A stretch of 61,978 bases of DNA, the filler included, from Choristocarpus tenellus KU-1152 (Eukaryota; Protista; Phaeophyceae), in the NCBI GenBank assembly GCA_964200185.2. It is 10 parts of 10 records of this genome, joined end to end, with 100 filler letters (N's around TTAATTAATTAA, not from the genome) between each part and the next. Parts side by side here need not be neighbours in the genome. Positions count along the whole stretch, not along the records: positions 1 to 11,875 come from CAXNAD020002086.1; positions 11,976 to 14,775 come from CAXNAD020024644.1; 8 more parts are not named here. One strand, written 5' to 3'. Under the pieces are notes generated by a model. That model had not been told where the DNA came from. It ran no database searches and was given only the letters and a program-made list of their open reading frames with translations. Below are positions 1-13,749 of this stretch, in pieces. Within the stretch, counting starts at the first letter, position 1. The number at the start of each line of letters is the position of its first letter. The position numbers were made by a program, and so were the translations under genes.

Positions 1-625
1 ACATATTAGAGTAGTTTATTAATTGTAGCTCTCCCTACGAAGGGTACAACTTGGTAGGGGGGGGGGGAGAACACATGAAGAAAAAACAATAGAGGATCTC
101 TCCATCAGTCAATGGAGCAAACTCTCCAAAGTATCTTGATTCAAAAATCACTCAACTCTTGTGTAAGGGTTAGGGAAGCATCGGTATAGTATCAGAGACA
201 GACAGAGAGAGAGAGAGAAATGATCTAACACCATGGCATTGTTACGTGTAAGATGATATATGTACAGCAATCTTGTATGTGCTCTATCCAGCAAGTCACA
301 GAATCTGGTGAGAGGACTCTCATTGTTATTGCCAAAAAGATCGACTTGAACAAGGAGTTCGTGTTACTTGGTGTAGCATACGATACAAGAGAGGTACATT
401 TCCTCGGGTGTCACACAGGAAATCTTGAAGGAGTGCCCTCGGTACACACAAACCTAAGGGAAAGAAAAAAAAGGTAAAACACGCCATTATCATCTAACAT
501 AAAATTCTTGAAGTCCTGGCATCTGAGAGCAGCACATTTCCTCCCCCAATCATACAACATAGATATAAATACCACAGAGAGAGAGCTCCACCTTAATCAT
601 ATTTACAACAAGACCTATTACTATA

Positions 626-3600
626 CTACTGCCGATTCATTTTCCTTGAAGCACGGAAACGTATTAGCTGTATACCTGAACTCCTGAAGTCCTCATGAAC
701 CTCCGTTTCCGGCTCAGGTATCAGCATCCTACCAAATTCCCCATCGCCCCATGCTTCTGTGCTGTCCTCTGTGACACCACCAGCTTGTGCACTTGTCCCT
801 GAGCTTGGCATCCTTCGGCCCTCAGCTATAACAGTCCCACATCCCTCAAAGACCCCTCTCGCCGCCTCAAAGAAAGACCCCTCAGAGATATGCCTTTGCT
901 TGTAGGCAAGCACAGCAAACGGAGCTGAGGTCAAATTCTCAACTGCTGAAGCCCCAGCAATATCAGAAACCCTGCCACTTGTTGACTCTCCTCCAACAAC
1001 CCTTTCCACGGAAGCAGCAGGTGCAAGCAGGTCTGATAGGGTCTCAATCAAGGAGGCGTACGCATTCTCATACGGGAGAGCCACGATGTCCGAACCAATC
1101 ACAACATCATAAGGCCCTCCAATGCCTTTCAAGTCCTCCAGAGATCCCCACAATAGGCGACGGACACTAACCATGCAAGCGCTGTTGACCTCGTCAGCCA
1201 CAGCCTCACTGAACCCGTCTGCCTGGCGGGCCCCTCCCGCCTCATCGAGTCTACCAGCCCTATTCAGACAGGTGTCCTCATCCTTTCCAGAGGACAAGTC
1301 CCCTGCGGCGACATTTTTTTTCTGTACTGAGGTTTCTTCGCCGGATCTTCCTCCATTCCTGCCCTTGGCATCACCTCCCTCAGAGCCCAACATCCCACCC
1401 AAACAGCCATCCTCTCTGTGAGGGTTCACACTCCCGACTGCACCTAGAACACTCTTCTCCTCTATATACTTCACTACCTGTGCCCCTGGTGTTGACACCG
1501 TCCCGTCCTTGCCATTCGACTTGGCCTCACCAACATGGTCTAAACAAGGCAGGAACAGTGAAAAGGACTGTTCACACAAGTTCGACCGAACGTTGTCCGC
1601 AATGAGATCCAGGAGACCCTCATCCCCATCCGTAATGCACACCTCTGATGCTCCTGCAGAACCGAAAATGGTTGAAACTGTATCTTAATTCTATGTGCAA
1701 ACAATAGGAAGAAATAAGATACACTATGACATGTGGAAGCAGGGATAGGAAGACTCGTGACTGCACAGCTGGTTGTTGATCAATCTGTGTGTGTGTGTGT
1801 GCGCGCGCGCGCATGCATGTATGTTTGTACATACATATGCCCACATGATACAAGAATGTATACAAGGTGAGTAAGGTACTGATCTCTGACCTCCCACTGT
1901 CATCTACTTTCTCAATTGCAAAACCTATCAAACGCTTGCGAATCACTATACCACTGCCTTATCAACCATTTCTCCTTCATAAACAATATCGGGTAGTCTT
2001 GCCCCATGGAGCTGGGAGAGAAACAGGGTTTGATACAGAGAAGAAGAAAGAACTTACCCTTCTGATTCTTGATATTATTACCTACCTAGTACAGCCGCTG
2101 CGATGCCTAGGAATCCAGTGCCGGCCCCTGGGAAACATGTTTTCAAATCGACCACCATCCCCCAACATGGTCAGCAAGGAAAATGGTGACACCAGGAAAA
2201 CAGTGATCAGATTGGTAATGGGTGAGAAACAACACGCGCTACAGAGCCAGTGTGATCCCTCAACATTGAAGCTTGAGCACCTAGTTGCTTGCCTCAGACA
2301 AGCCTTCGCAAACCTACATATTTAAAATGAGACACCGATGTTTAGCTTCACAAGGGTAGACACAAAATCTATTTTACATTTCATTGGATTGCATGGATTG
2401 ATGTCCAACGAGGGTGTGGATTTTCCCAGGAACCCTTGATACTCCTGTTACGTTTTCACCACATTCCACAAGAGCATGAACCCCTTAAATTCTTGGAGTA
2501 AGATTCGTGCAGCAACTCTCGTAGTTCACAAAAAAAAATGTACTTCGGTGTGATGTTTCTCAATGTAGATGTTCAAATATTGAGATGACGCAGGCCCAAG
2601 TGCACTCTGTGCTTCTGAAAATATTGGCACTGAGGGGGAAAAGAAAGGAATATATATTGTAGTGAGAGGTGGAAGGGGGCTGAGACAGGCAATAGGGGCC
2701 CTTAGGGATAGCACTTCTCATGTAAGTTCATTTCAAATTCAGTTTCAGCAATTTCCCCACCTCTTCTATCTATGCGATACCTCCATATCCCTCCACTACA
2801 CATGAAGTCCAAATCTTCTTGTATTGATGCAATTGGATAAATGCCAGTCCGCGCATACATCCATTGGGCGTGTTCTTTAAAAACTACAATTTTCTTGGTG
2901 GTAATAACTTCTGAATCCAGTCCTTGTCAGGGGAGATAAACGGTAACACTATTCTTGGAACAGAGCACAAAATCCTGATTGATGCAAAGTAGGAAGGAAA
3001 TAAATACCTTGCAATGCACAGGAATAAACCACCTCTGATAAAAAGACAAGGACTATTACTCTGAAAGGTACAGCTCATGTTTACATGGCTAATCAATTCT
3101 CTGCGACTATCACGGGAAATAATTTGCACAGAAAATACTCCTTGCACAGCACTTCCATTTTTTTCTGGAACACCCAAGAAAGTCTTCAATTGTAGATATT
3201 CCAGAATATATGACAAAAAAAGTTGAGCAGAGTGTTTTTAATTATTACAATGGTGAAAAAGCGACACGCAGATATTTTGGGGTTGTCTTTAGAACTTAAC
3301 GTTAATCAAGTGAGGTACTTCTCCCATACCCACCTAGCTCGATTACTTTCTTCCCCTTGATGAGTTCAGGGTGCCTTTCCAAATACTCTGCAATGACGTA
3401 TGCCGCAGGGTACACACTGGCGCCAAATCCTATGCTGGAGCCGCCTTTTCCGTCGTTCTTCCACAACTGGGGGTTTTGTGGGAAGGTTGAGAAGAAGGGA
3501 TATCAACTAAGTATTAATGGCAAAAGAGTTCATTACCCGCAAGGCAGTGTCGTAGGCAGTGGTTGAACCTATGGTATAATGGTGGGGTGCTTCAACTTAC

Positions 3601-4350
3601 GTGAGGGGTCTCATACCGCCACTCTAAAAAATCGTATCTTCAAAGTGGAGTTCTGGTCTAACGACTTCAGATCCAAGATGGGGAAGGGGGGGGAAGGGTG
3701 TTCAGTGTAAGAATCTTCAGTGCAAGTATTTTTTACTCTGGTAATATGTGCAACGGAAAAGACATTACCTATGTTGTGTGGTTCCACGTTGGGCATACTA
3801 GCTTCTGGTGGGAGGGGTTAAGGTAAGCACTGAAATGTAGGCTTGTGTTGATACTTTACATGCGTAGGCGGTCATGGATTAACACCAAATACCCTCGCCT
3901 CAGAGAGGACAACTTCATAGAGTAAGAACCGATGTACCACGTATCCTTCCTTGCAAAGAATAGCAACGTAGAGGTAAAATCAGCCATCCCTTCACAAAGT
4001 GGTCATACACGATAAATTGTGCTTGTCACAAGGTGTGTGTTGTCCTTGTTGGAGTGTTTCGCAATAGGCACTCAGCGCAGTTCATAGGCTATGTTGCTAA
4101 GATAAAATGTGGACTAATCTGATCATCAACGTGAGAAGGTGTGCGCTGAAGAGGTGTATACAAGGAAGGGGTATTGCTCATTGTTGAGGCACAACGAGAA
4201 GCAAAAAAACGACTCTTTGTGCAGATGCATTATGTAGCTTGACAGGACCTGCTTGATGGTGAGGAACTTGTCTCCTATGGTGAAGAAACGCTTGCGTAGG
4301 CGAAGCTGGTCCGTGAAGGGGCTGGCATAGCTGAAAGGGACAAGGGCCAT
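626..4350 (-). CDS. Protein-lysine methyltransferase, family 16 (METTL21/VCPKMT/EEF2KMT-like); 4 exons 4350-4249, 3466-3334, 2127-2086, 1653-626
   Basis: GT-AG introns join in frame: MALVPFSYASPF...LTIKQ|LWKNDGKGGSSIGFGASVYPAAYVIAEYLERHPELIKGKKVIEL|GAGTGFLGIAAAVL|GASEVCITDGDEGLL...VRRLLWG...YDVVIGSDIV...LAYKQR. Motif I (VIELGAGTG), post-I (ITD), LxWG and DVVIGSD are typical of this seven-beta-strand family. Confidence 0.9.
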
Positions 4351-5238
4351 GATTAAGGAGTGAAGCTGAATCCTCATTTCAAAATCCATTGTCACATGGT
4401 ACGCTCTGTAGCACTACAGGGTGTGCTCAATATCTAATATAATGTGATACACTGTATTTTCATACAATATTTCAACGTTTTATGTTTTATGTAGTTACTG
4501 ACAATAGACATAGAGTCAGGAGTGGTTTGGAGTAAAGTAGTAGTAGTTTCGAATGTACAATACTAACCAGTGGTACCATATCCACCCAAAGATCCCACAC
4601 ACAGGACAGACAGGAGGAGGAAAGGTCTACAGCATGGCAGTACGAACTACTCAATAGTACAAGCCTCGTCACTTCTCTGTTGCTGCAAGCTGGAGGTATC
4701 CAACAGCAGTACTGGCTGAGTCTGGGTTCCTCTTGAGGTTCCCTTCTCCCATTGTTGCGAGGATTACCTGCCTTGCAGAGAAGAAGAAGAGGTGGGTTGA
4801 AAGAGGTGAGGGTGGGGGTTAGCCAAAGAGGGAAGGGTCGGGTAAATTGAACCTGGAGATAAGAGAGAAAAAAGAGGATTTCTTTTGCTGGTGGATGGCA
4901 AGGTTCAGCAAGGCAGAGAGGTGTGGGAACGATGGGTGTGTACGACCTTCTACTCGTTCTCATCCTCAATTTCTGTCTGATGAAATATATATATTATGCT
5001 CAAGGGCCTACAAAAGCGAAAGTGATACAGTATAATTGACTGAAAAACGAAGTGAGGAAAGAGCATGAGTCAAACATATTCAAGCTCTTGCATTCACTCG
5101 CTCGTCATTATGAACACACACATTACAATAGCAAAGGTAGTGGTATAGTAGTAGTACACAACTAACTGCAGGGACGCAACCCATTTACCAGTGAAAATCT
5201 CCAACGCTTTATGTTCCCCATCTATTTTTTTGCAGTCT

Positions 5239-5420
5239 AGCTCAAAGTATCTGGGGGGGGTGGCAGCTGTCCATTTGGGGCCCATTTTTCCATGTCGAGA
5301 TTTTTGGGTGATTTGGTTGCTTGCGTTGGATGGACAACATAAGGTCACTTTTCCTGGTCAAGGGCCGAATGGACACCCTGGTGTACACACACACACCGCC
5401 CCCTCTAGATACTTCAAGTC
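5239..5420. mobile_element. MITE family A, complete copy (182 bp)
   Basis: Terminal inverted repeats agctcaaagtatctggggg...ctagatacttcaagtc, flanked by a tct/tct duplication; homologous to many other copies in the window. Confidence 0.85.
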
Positions 5421-7277
5421 TCTTGGTCTCTCCCTCTGCTTATATATGTTGTATCCATGTGTGTTCTCATGTCGTTTTGTGTCAAGGTTTTGTTACTACT
5501 CACAGAGAGAGTTCTTTCAAGCAAGTCATATGCCAAGACTTTTCAAGTAGGGACCGCTACACGAAAGTCAACATTTTACACGCCCCAGAGAATAGCATGT
5601 ACTCCGGAGCAGCAGTAAACAAATTGTAAGTCCAAGTCAACATGCATACTTGTGTAGAAGATAGGAGGAGGGTTGTTTCTATGCAAAAAATTACTAATAT
5701 CCTTTGAATATGGTCAATATTAAGAGTCTACTGGTATATATATATATATGGGTTGCTAAAAGGCTCTACTTCAAAGAATAATATAATGGGTTATGCTAGT
5801 GTGTGTGTGTGTGTTGGACCGGGCGGGGGGGGGTAGGTGGGTGAAGGTATGTGTGCATGTTCCTGGTAGAAAGTCTATTATAGCACCTTTTTTTTTATCC
5901 TGCCATTCATGGAAATCTTTTTTCGACTCTTTTCCTAATTCTACTGTCAAGCATAAAAGGGTTGATTGTACGCCTACTTAATGTGCGGATATACTATTAT
6001 TCTATCTCTTGCTGCACCACAAAAGTGCCAAACCAATATCGACATAGCAACACCTAGGCGGATCCAACATTATGAGGGAGTGGATTGACAGTGGGATTGT
6101 TGAACCCAACATACAAGAAGCAAGGAACAAAGGCATCACAATTAGTGGTACCATACGAGTTAACGTATGTCAATGAGAAGATACTTCGAAGTATTTAAAT
6201 AGTGTACAACAGTAGTAGTAGCAGATAGTGTGAAGTGCTTCTGACCACACGTTGGGCTAAGTCCTCAAATCAAAGTGAACAACAAAATATATAAAGTAGA
6301 AATATGGAGTCAATATTGATGATACAGGTACTACTATTCAGTATTACTGTAGTTTTTGTAATAGTACATCGTACTATACTATATAGAGTATAGATCATTT
6401 CCGTGTGGATGTGGTCTTCCATGCAGGAGTTCTCTCCAATAATGTAGCTACTGTCCCCTACAGAGGAAAAATAACTACTTATGAATGTGCCCTTTGCTGG
6501 AGTACAAACAAACTGCCGCCTCCTCAAATCATGACGCAATGATGAACGGTGTCACTGCTGCTGCAGGAGAAGCCTGTAAGTGCAACCACTACGAGGGATC
6601 TTTTGACCCTTCGCAGTATAAAGCTGCGGATATCTTGTCACACAGGCAGAAGCTTCTTCTAGCGTAGGTAGTTACTCGTATTCTAGAGGGTAGGGGGGCA
6701 GAGGGTTTCAGCAAAAAGGAAGCTGTAAAATTGCGTTTGAAACCGATTACCTTAGTCACTGCTCAAGTGTCCATGATGTCTCCACAAAGACTTTGTACTT
6801 TAAATTAATGACTTGGGGCTAATAGGATAGGCGAGGCTAGACAGATTTTATGGGATTCTGCCCTTCTCGCCCACCTTCATGGAGTGAGTTTAGGGGTGTT
6901 GCCTTTTATTGTTTTGTCTGTTGTTCTACATACATACAGTGCATCTCTGTGGTTGGTGTATCTGATATAGTAGTGTTTTTTATTGCTACGTTTGTTGTAT
7001 TCTTTGCATGATCTTTCCTCTTTTCCAGTCTTTTCAAGTAGTACAAATATGTTTTGTTGTTGTCTTCTCCTCACATTCCTTATATTACATAATGGAATAT
7101 GTTACGGGACATAGTTGGGAGTATAATATATCTTGTACTTTTTTTAATACTACAATTGAATTCTGCGTATTTAGTGCTACTTCACACCAAAGATAGGAAT
7201 GCCTCTTTCTGAAATCGTTTCACAGGATCTGACCCAACACATCCTCACCATTTTTGGTGTCCTTCCCCCAAACAGGG

Positions 7278-10200
7278 ATGTTGGTCCGTCATATCCTATC
7301 CGTCCTCTTCATGGCCACCACAGTGTCAGCGAGGATATCAGGAGTATCGATCGCCACCCTTAGTCAGGACCACCTCGATCTGTTATTGAAAGTTCTGTGG
7401 GAAGACAAAGCCAACAATGATACTACGGTTGACGTTTGGCTGACGACGAGGCAGGAGCATGCGTCAACCTGGCAAGATATCGTGATCTTGGAGGTAATAA
7501 CTCTGTTTGGAAAGGTTTCTACCTAATGCTTCGTTGCGAGAAACTCTACACTGATACGATCAAACGTTCATGCCTGGAGCTATCACGAAGCAAGGAATGG
7601 TTCATATCAGGCGCGCTTAAGACCTGTACCCACAATTCCTATAAAGAGCAGAAGAGATGCCCATACCCGTTCAAGTTTTTCTTTCTTTTTGAGGCCCATG
7701 AAATATCCATGTACTATGCATACCTTGGCTTTTCCTTCCCGGTCATCCCAATACAGACAAGATTTAATGCAACAACTCCCCCCCAATCTATTCTTATAGT
7801 CACCTGTCACGTTTGTCTTGATCCTAACATTTCCTCCTTGGTGCATTTAATGTCATGAAACGCAGGATGCACCAAACAACCACAAAGCTGAGATCGATGT
7901 CGGTGACACCTGGTCCTCGACAGGATTCTGGGACAGCTCAGAGTCTGGAGAGGCCCTTGTATGCGTGTACGATTCATCAGACTATTCGAACAATGGCTGT
8001 AGCCCTCCGAAGTTTCTTGCGGCGACGGACGAGCCGGATGCAGAGGAAAAGATGTACATTGGTGAGGTTGACGTTGTTACTCTGGACCAGGTGGGTATGA
8101 ACATTTCGTTTGAGGTCATGTGGGACACCGAAGCAGTAGAGGGCGCTAGTGCAGGTTTCGTTGACATCTGGTTCATCACAGAGCAAGTGGAGCCGCCTAG
8201 GGCATGGAGAACTTCGTTGGTGAAACAGGTAAGCAGATTTCCAAAGCTAGCAAGTAGGAGGAGGTAGGGCAAAAGGATATCAATAAACTTGTGTAGCTAT
8301 TTGTAAGCTATTAATGAAAGAAATAGACTCTCTGCCTTGGTCTCATGTCCACGTATCCATGCGCTGCAAAGACTATATTTACCTTTACAATTGTTGCAAG
8401 GTATGCCAGATTACTTCAAGCCCCGGGTTGTTGTGCTCTTGAACCCTTTATAGTCTCGTCTCTAAGCTATTTTGCATACATCCTTCGCAAGATCCCGTGG
8501 TGCTGAATAACTCAACAATGAACAACACTTTTTTTCCTTGCCTATGAACAAAAATGTCTAGACAGTAGTCCACTTATTCGTTGATGCTGTTCTCAATCCT
8601 TACCCCTCTAGCAGGTGAGTTCCCTGACTTGTTGTCCCCAGTTTATCCCCATAGAAAAGGCATTCCTAAACTTCGCACGAATACGCTCTCTTGTAAATAT
8701 TTAAGTGGGTAATCGCTTTGGCAGTGCTCTGTGGACTTTGTGACCTTGTGCTCGGCACTTCCTGCTCCAGGATGTTCCACTTCTCTGTATATATATATTG
8801 TTCAAATTGTAACTACACTGTAGCGTACATCCAAACCTGATAGATTGTCAAGGGAAGTTTTAGCTCAAAGTATCTGGGGGAGGGTGGTGGGTGTCCATTT
8901 GGGGCCCATTCTTTCCATGTTGCGATTTTTCGGTGATTTGGTTGCATACGTCGAATGGGTATGTAAGTGCACTTTTCCTGGTTTTAGGCCAAATGAACAC
9001 CTTGATGTAGACGGCCGCCCCTCTCCCAGATACTTTGGGTCTTTGCTCTGCTTGACCCTTGAATCTTTTCTCTGGCCTTGCTCTCTCTCTCTCTCTCTCT
9101 CTCTCTCATTCTGCAAACCCTGAGTAAGTTGTGGTAGGGGAGCATTAGTTGATTTTCTATTTGAACTCACAGTAGCACCATTGTTACCTCACATTGTACA
9201 CCAACTGAGGCACTCCACACAGTGGTTGTAGAGTCTAATAATGAGTCGAAAAACTCCCACCTATTTCTATCGGTCTCTATGTGACAAGTCATTGCAAAAA
9301 GGTGTTACTCATCTCCCTCTCCACTGTCTGATCATATTCAATGCACACATGTCAACCAAAAACACAGTGTGAACAGTACGTCAATTCAATAAAGACTCCT
9401 TTGTTATTGGAAATCGCAGGAAATGCTCTTTTCCTCAGCTATTGTTCCATATCCTCTTACCCTTCTAATTTTTGCCCACTCTCAGGCTTGATATCCACCC
9501 CCTACATAATACTCTTTTGGCCAGGGAGTATTCTTCTCCTCCTCCCTGCTACTGCTATTACTCCACTCTCCAGTCACATAATAGTGACACCTGCCATCAA
9601 TTTCCCTAAGTGCTGCAATCCCATATGTATCCTTTGGTGCTTACCTCCCTGACTCTAACCATGGCAAGTGCATGACAAGTGCATAACCTGTATTCCCCGA
9701 AAGGACACCCGACAGTCCCATAGGCATCTATGAAAGGTCATACAGATTGTGTCCCATCTCAACACCAAACAGGATGTCCCCCAACCCTTTCTTTACTGCC
9801 AAATACCCCGCCTGCAAACATTCTGGGAAAGTAAGTCGTAGCAGGCAATGTCCTTTTTTCAGTGACTGTTTATATTAGGATGAGGAGTGTGGTCCAAAGG
9901 TGACATACAAAAGCAATAGAACCAACACGGTGTGTACATGCATGCTTACCCTCCCCCCTCCTCCCTACGGCGGTACAGGCTGCGAAAAACACTGGTGTTG
10001 CTGAAGTGGATGCGTATGACCACTGGGCACTGTCTAATGCGGGTAGCACAGGGGGGAGCTGGGATGAGGCCAGACCGGGAAAGGGAACTGTTTGTCTGTA
10101 TGATATTGCAAACTATGAGATCAACTCATGCAGTGCTTCATTCACTCTTGCCCCTGGGGTAGAGGAGATGGTAGTGGTGGGAGGGGAGGAGTCAGAGGAG

Positions 10201-10443
10201 GGTGGGTCGGACGAATCAAGTGTTGGCGAGGAGATGGTCCCCTCCTCTGACTCCTCTTCTGGCAGCTCCTCAAAGATGGGAATCGTAGCAGTGTTATATG
10301 TCACAGGCACTATTGCCTTCATCGTTCTGGCATCATGGATGGTCATAGGGGCAAGGAGGAGACAGCAGAGGAATGCATTGTTGGGACGACCCAATGAAGC
10401 CCAGGAGCTTCCCTACCTCTCACATCAATATTCCCGTTTCTGA
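7278..10443 (+). CDS. Uncharacterised type-I membrane protein (signal peptide, two ~105-115 aa repeated domains, acidic/Ser linker, TM helix, short tail); exons 7278-7493, 7866-8228, 9979-10443
   Basis: Three exons joined by phase-0 GT-AG introns give a continuous ORF of ~347 aa. N-terminus MLVRHILSVLFMATTVSA is signal-like; GIVAVLYVTGTIAFIVLASWMVIGA followed by RRRQQR is TM plus positive-inside. An acceptor (ccccaaacag) just before the ATG suggests a 5'UTR intron or an unseen upstream exon. Confidence 0.8.
8862..9041. mobile_element. MITE family A, complete copy, in intron 2 of the membrane-protein gene
   Basis: agctcaaagtatctggggg...cccagatactttgggtc; ttt/ttt duplication. Confidence 0.85.
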
Positions 10444-11875
10444 ACAACAACAGTAAGTCACGGAGGAGCGGTCAACCCTTCATCTTCACCAAGGCCTTGT
10501 TTGAGGGATTTGTCTTGTGTTATAGAGTGTAGTTCCCACTGGTTGAATACATGCTGTTCCCTTCCGAATTGAGGTCGTTGGCATTGCTTTTGGACTGTTG
10601 CATTGATTAGTTGTGTATGCCAAGGAAATCACTACGGTGGGGATATGTACCACTGCTTTATGCATGTAAACCAACAGGTCTGGGAAATGGTATGAATATG
10701 ACAGTACTAGATAGTCACTCCACCAGAGCGGTTACTTATGATGGTGTGCATGCATTGCTGTCCATATATGATTGATTGTGAGTAAAGGTGTATGTGCTTC
10801 GACCCCAAAGGAAAGGCTTTTTTTTTTTTCCATTGTTTCCATTTTTTTGCCTGTCGGATTTTGTTGTCTCCTGCTTGGGATCTTCCCGATTTTTTTCATC
10901 ATCAGAAAGACAATATCATTCATTGCATGGAAGAGCACAGGATGAACGGGGAGAGACTTTCATGAAAGCAAGAGTGAATCAGTATAACATCAGATAGTTC
11001 ATTGTCCCAACTTAGTCCAGCCTCTACACCTCTAGTCGATATTCATGGGGGCCTCAATGCAATATACTTTGTGGTTGAATTTATTTTGAAAAATGCGTAT
11101 TTTTGAGTTCAACCCAATTTTGGTTGGTAACACCAATTTTTGTTTGCACAGTGGTGGAAAATATCAAAATTGAAATTCAAACCTTTGAAAGTCTTAATAT
11201 GTGTACAAGTGTGCCTGGGTATCTATGTCTTGTCACCGAACAAGACAACAAGTACTTTGTTTAATCTCCTTTTATTGTACTGTATGTGTTATGAAATGAA
11301 TACAAACATATATATATATATATATGTGATTGGTGTATTAGATGCCTTTCAATGCAAGCAATATAGATTCTGTATTTTAACATATATTTGTACTCACTAC
11401 TAACTCTTTGCAGTTTTTTTGGTGGAAACAAAATAATAACATAAAAAGCGAAGAATGCAATAAACACAACTACAACCGAGTCTGAATTGCTTAGATTAAA
11501 AGGTCTTCTAATCATTAACCATATTTGCATTACATCTAAAATCAAGAAACCAGCCCCATCCGCACTAGGAATCTACGTTCTGGTATGCGCACTTTGTCTT
11601 AAAACAACCAAGAACCTATTGTGACACACATAGCTGAACCTCTCCTAAGAAGGCAATATAAAGGCAGTCTAGAAAAAGGGAAGAGTACCATGAGTCAGCA
11701 AAGACCGCCTTGCACACTGGCCCGGTGTCTTGAGCTTGGAATGTGCAATCTGCTTCGAAGTTGCTTGTGCTGTGACGGACACAATCTCTCGCAGGCTTCC
11801 CTTAACGGACTCCCTTGATGCTAAAATCCTCAACTACCCATTACATGAGGTCTCAAAGTATTCGGGGGGGTGGGG

Positions 11876-11975
11876 NNNNNNNNNNNNNNNNNNNNNNNNN
11901 NNNNNNNNNNNNNNNNNNNTTAATTAATTAANNNNNNNNNNNNNNNNNNNNNNNNNNNNNNNNNNNNNNNNNNNN
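11876..11975. other. Artificial contig spacer N44-TTAATTAATTAA-N44 (also 14776-14875, 21586-21685, 25570-25669, 32185-32284, 36561-36660, 42462-42561, 48557-48656, 57364-57463)
   Basis: Identical 100-nt spacer with stop codons in all six frames, occurring nine times. Confidence 0.97.
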
Positions 11976-12114
11976 CCCCCCTCCCGGATACTTTGGGTCT
12001 AATGCCACAATTTAGCAAAGATGCTTTCTGCAATTGTACCAAATGACATATTTCTTCCCTTTCTCGGGATCCTCAAAATGTAACCTTGCCTACCTCTCAG
12101 TTGGTTTGGCTCAC

Positions 12115-12310
12115 TTAGGATAATCACGCACTGCATGAATAAGTGTGTCGAGACTAACTCTGTACCGCTTGCATGACTTCAAGACCGCCTGAAAGTACAA
12201 GATTGTAAACACAGCTCTGATCATGTTCCTTCTCACCCAGAGTTTTTCCAAAACAGCAATAGAACCGTCTTCAAACGGAGTTGGGTCTTCGCCTGGCAGA
12301 AGAGCCAACC
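12115..12310 (-). CDS. Probable internal exons of an unidentified gene (LALLPGEDPTPFEDGSIAVLEKLW|AVLKSCKRYRVSLDTLIHAVRDYP)
   Basis: Protein-like open frame with gtgaga...tttcag 48-nt candidate intron (12236-12189) and gtgagc donor at the end; no family recognised. Confidence 0.35.
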
Positions 12311-12446
12311 TTGGTATGTTTTTTAGTCTGGTTGTCACCAAGACCATTCATAACAATTCATTCTAAAGGGCATTCGGCCTCACAACCTCGGCGTCCACAT
12401 TGTTGCAGCAAACACCCAGTCATGCTCTGTCATGGTGTAGAAGGGC

Positions 12447-12626
12447 GACCCAAAGTATTTGGGGGGGGGGCTGTCTACACCAGGGCGTCCATTTGGGTCA
12501 AACCAGGAAAATTGTACTTTCATTATTCATCCGACGAATGCAACCAAAGCACCCAAAAATCGCGACATGAAAAAAATGATCCCAAATGGACAGCCGTCAC
12601 CCCCCCCCCCCCAGATACTTTGAGGC
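12447..12626. mobile_element. MITE family A, complete copy, opposite orientation
   Basis: gacccaaagtattt...cagatactttgaggc; ggc/ggc duplication. Confidence 0.85.
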
Positions 12627-13749
12627 GGCACCATAATGGATAAAAATTTACATTGTGAAACGTGCAAGTTCCCTGACCGGAAGGCTTAAAATCATGATGG
12701 TCATTCGACCCATTTGAGGCTCGACAATCTAGAGGCTACTCTAAAAATCCAGAGGCTACTCGTCTCCCATTCTTGCTGTTAAGCTGACCTTGACGATCTG
12801 TTGTCCCATGCAACCAGTTATATTATTGTTTATTAGCATGTATCACAGTTGAGAAGAGAGTGAGACACCATCACTAGATGGGGCTCACCAAGCCTTGCAG
12901 TAAAAGACTCAGAATACAAAATGACTCAACAGCTCTCTAGTACACGCCAGCAACACTCCGACTCTAACATTACGCCGATTACTTCTGGTCAAATACCCGC
13001 CTAAATATCCCGAATGTCCCGCATCGTCGTCTGTGCGTACATAAAATATTACTTCAAATCATATTCTTACATATGGTCAAGCATAATCTTGATACGTGGG
13101 ACAGAGGGGGACAGCTTGTAGACAGCAAGGGTAAGAGGATAGACAGCACAGTGATGACATTACACTCCTCGCCTTCAGGAGTGCCCAGATAGAATTTACT
13201 CCTATCTACTTGGGAAGGATTGCGGTTTGGTTGACACCATCATAGGGAGAGAATATGAGGGTTGTAGGTTGATCGTGGTCATATAACTTACCATTTATTA
13301 GGATTATTAATCGTCATTACTGCGGTAATCTATTGAGTAATTGCACGTGTATTTTGTAGCAGGCAGGTTGTGTCAGCTCTTGTGAAGAGAGTGCAAGCAA
13401 CCCTCAAGCAACCCTAATTTAGTGAAACCCTTCAATCAGAGCACCCCAGGCGTAGATATTTAAGATGTTCCACTTCGTTGGGTTGGTTATGTACTCAAAC
13501 AGTGGCACACTGCCCGATCTGCAGTATGGTATACACTTCCGTATTTTACCGTCGAAATTCCACTGTTACCGCAAATTTGCCGTCCAAAACAACGGTAATT
13601 TATACCGTATCATACCGTGGAAAATGCTGTAATTATTTGGGAAAAGTAAGGAAAATCGTACTGTACCGTCCAAATATAGTACTTACCGTACATAAACCGC
13701 ATTGTAATGTGTAATGTTCAAATCTGTTACTGAACGATGTAACCTGAAA

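Noticed and set aside
4670-6670. Isolated exon-like segments on both strands between the first two genes
   Set aside because: Could not be joined into a consistent frame or matched to a domain.
8862-9041. MITEs as introner-like self-splicing-out elements (GTATCT donor-like and CCCAG acceptor-like motifs inside the TIRs)
   Set aside because: Splicing would leave 8+12+3 = 23 nt (a frameshift), and no copy defines an intron of an intact gene here.
11876-11975. Recurrent TTAATTAATTAA motif and ORFs running into X residues
   Set aside because: Artificial six-frame-stop contig linker; not biological, and synteny across it cannot be interpreted.
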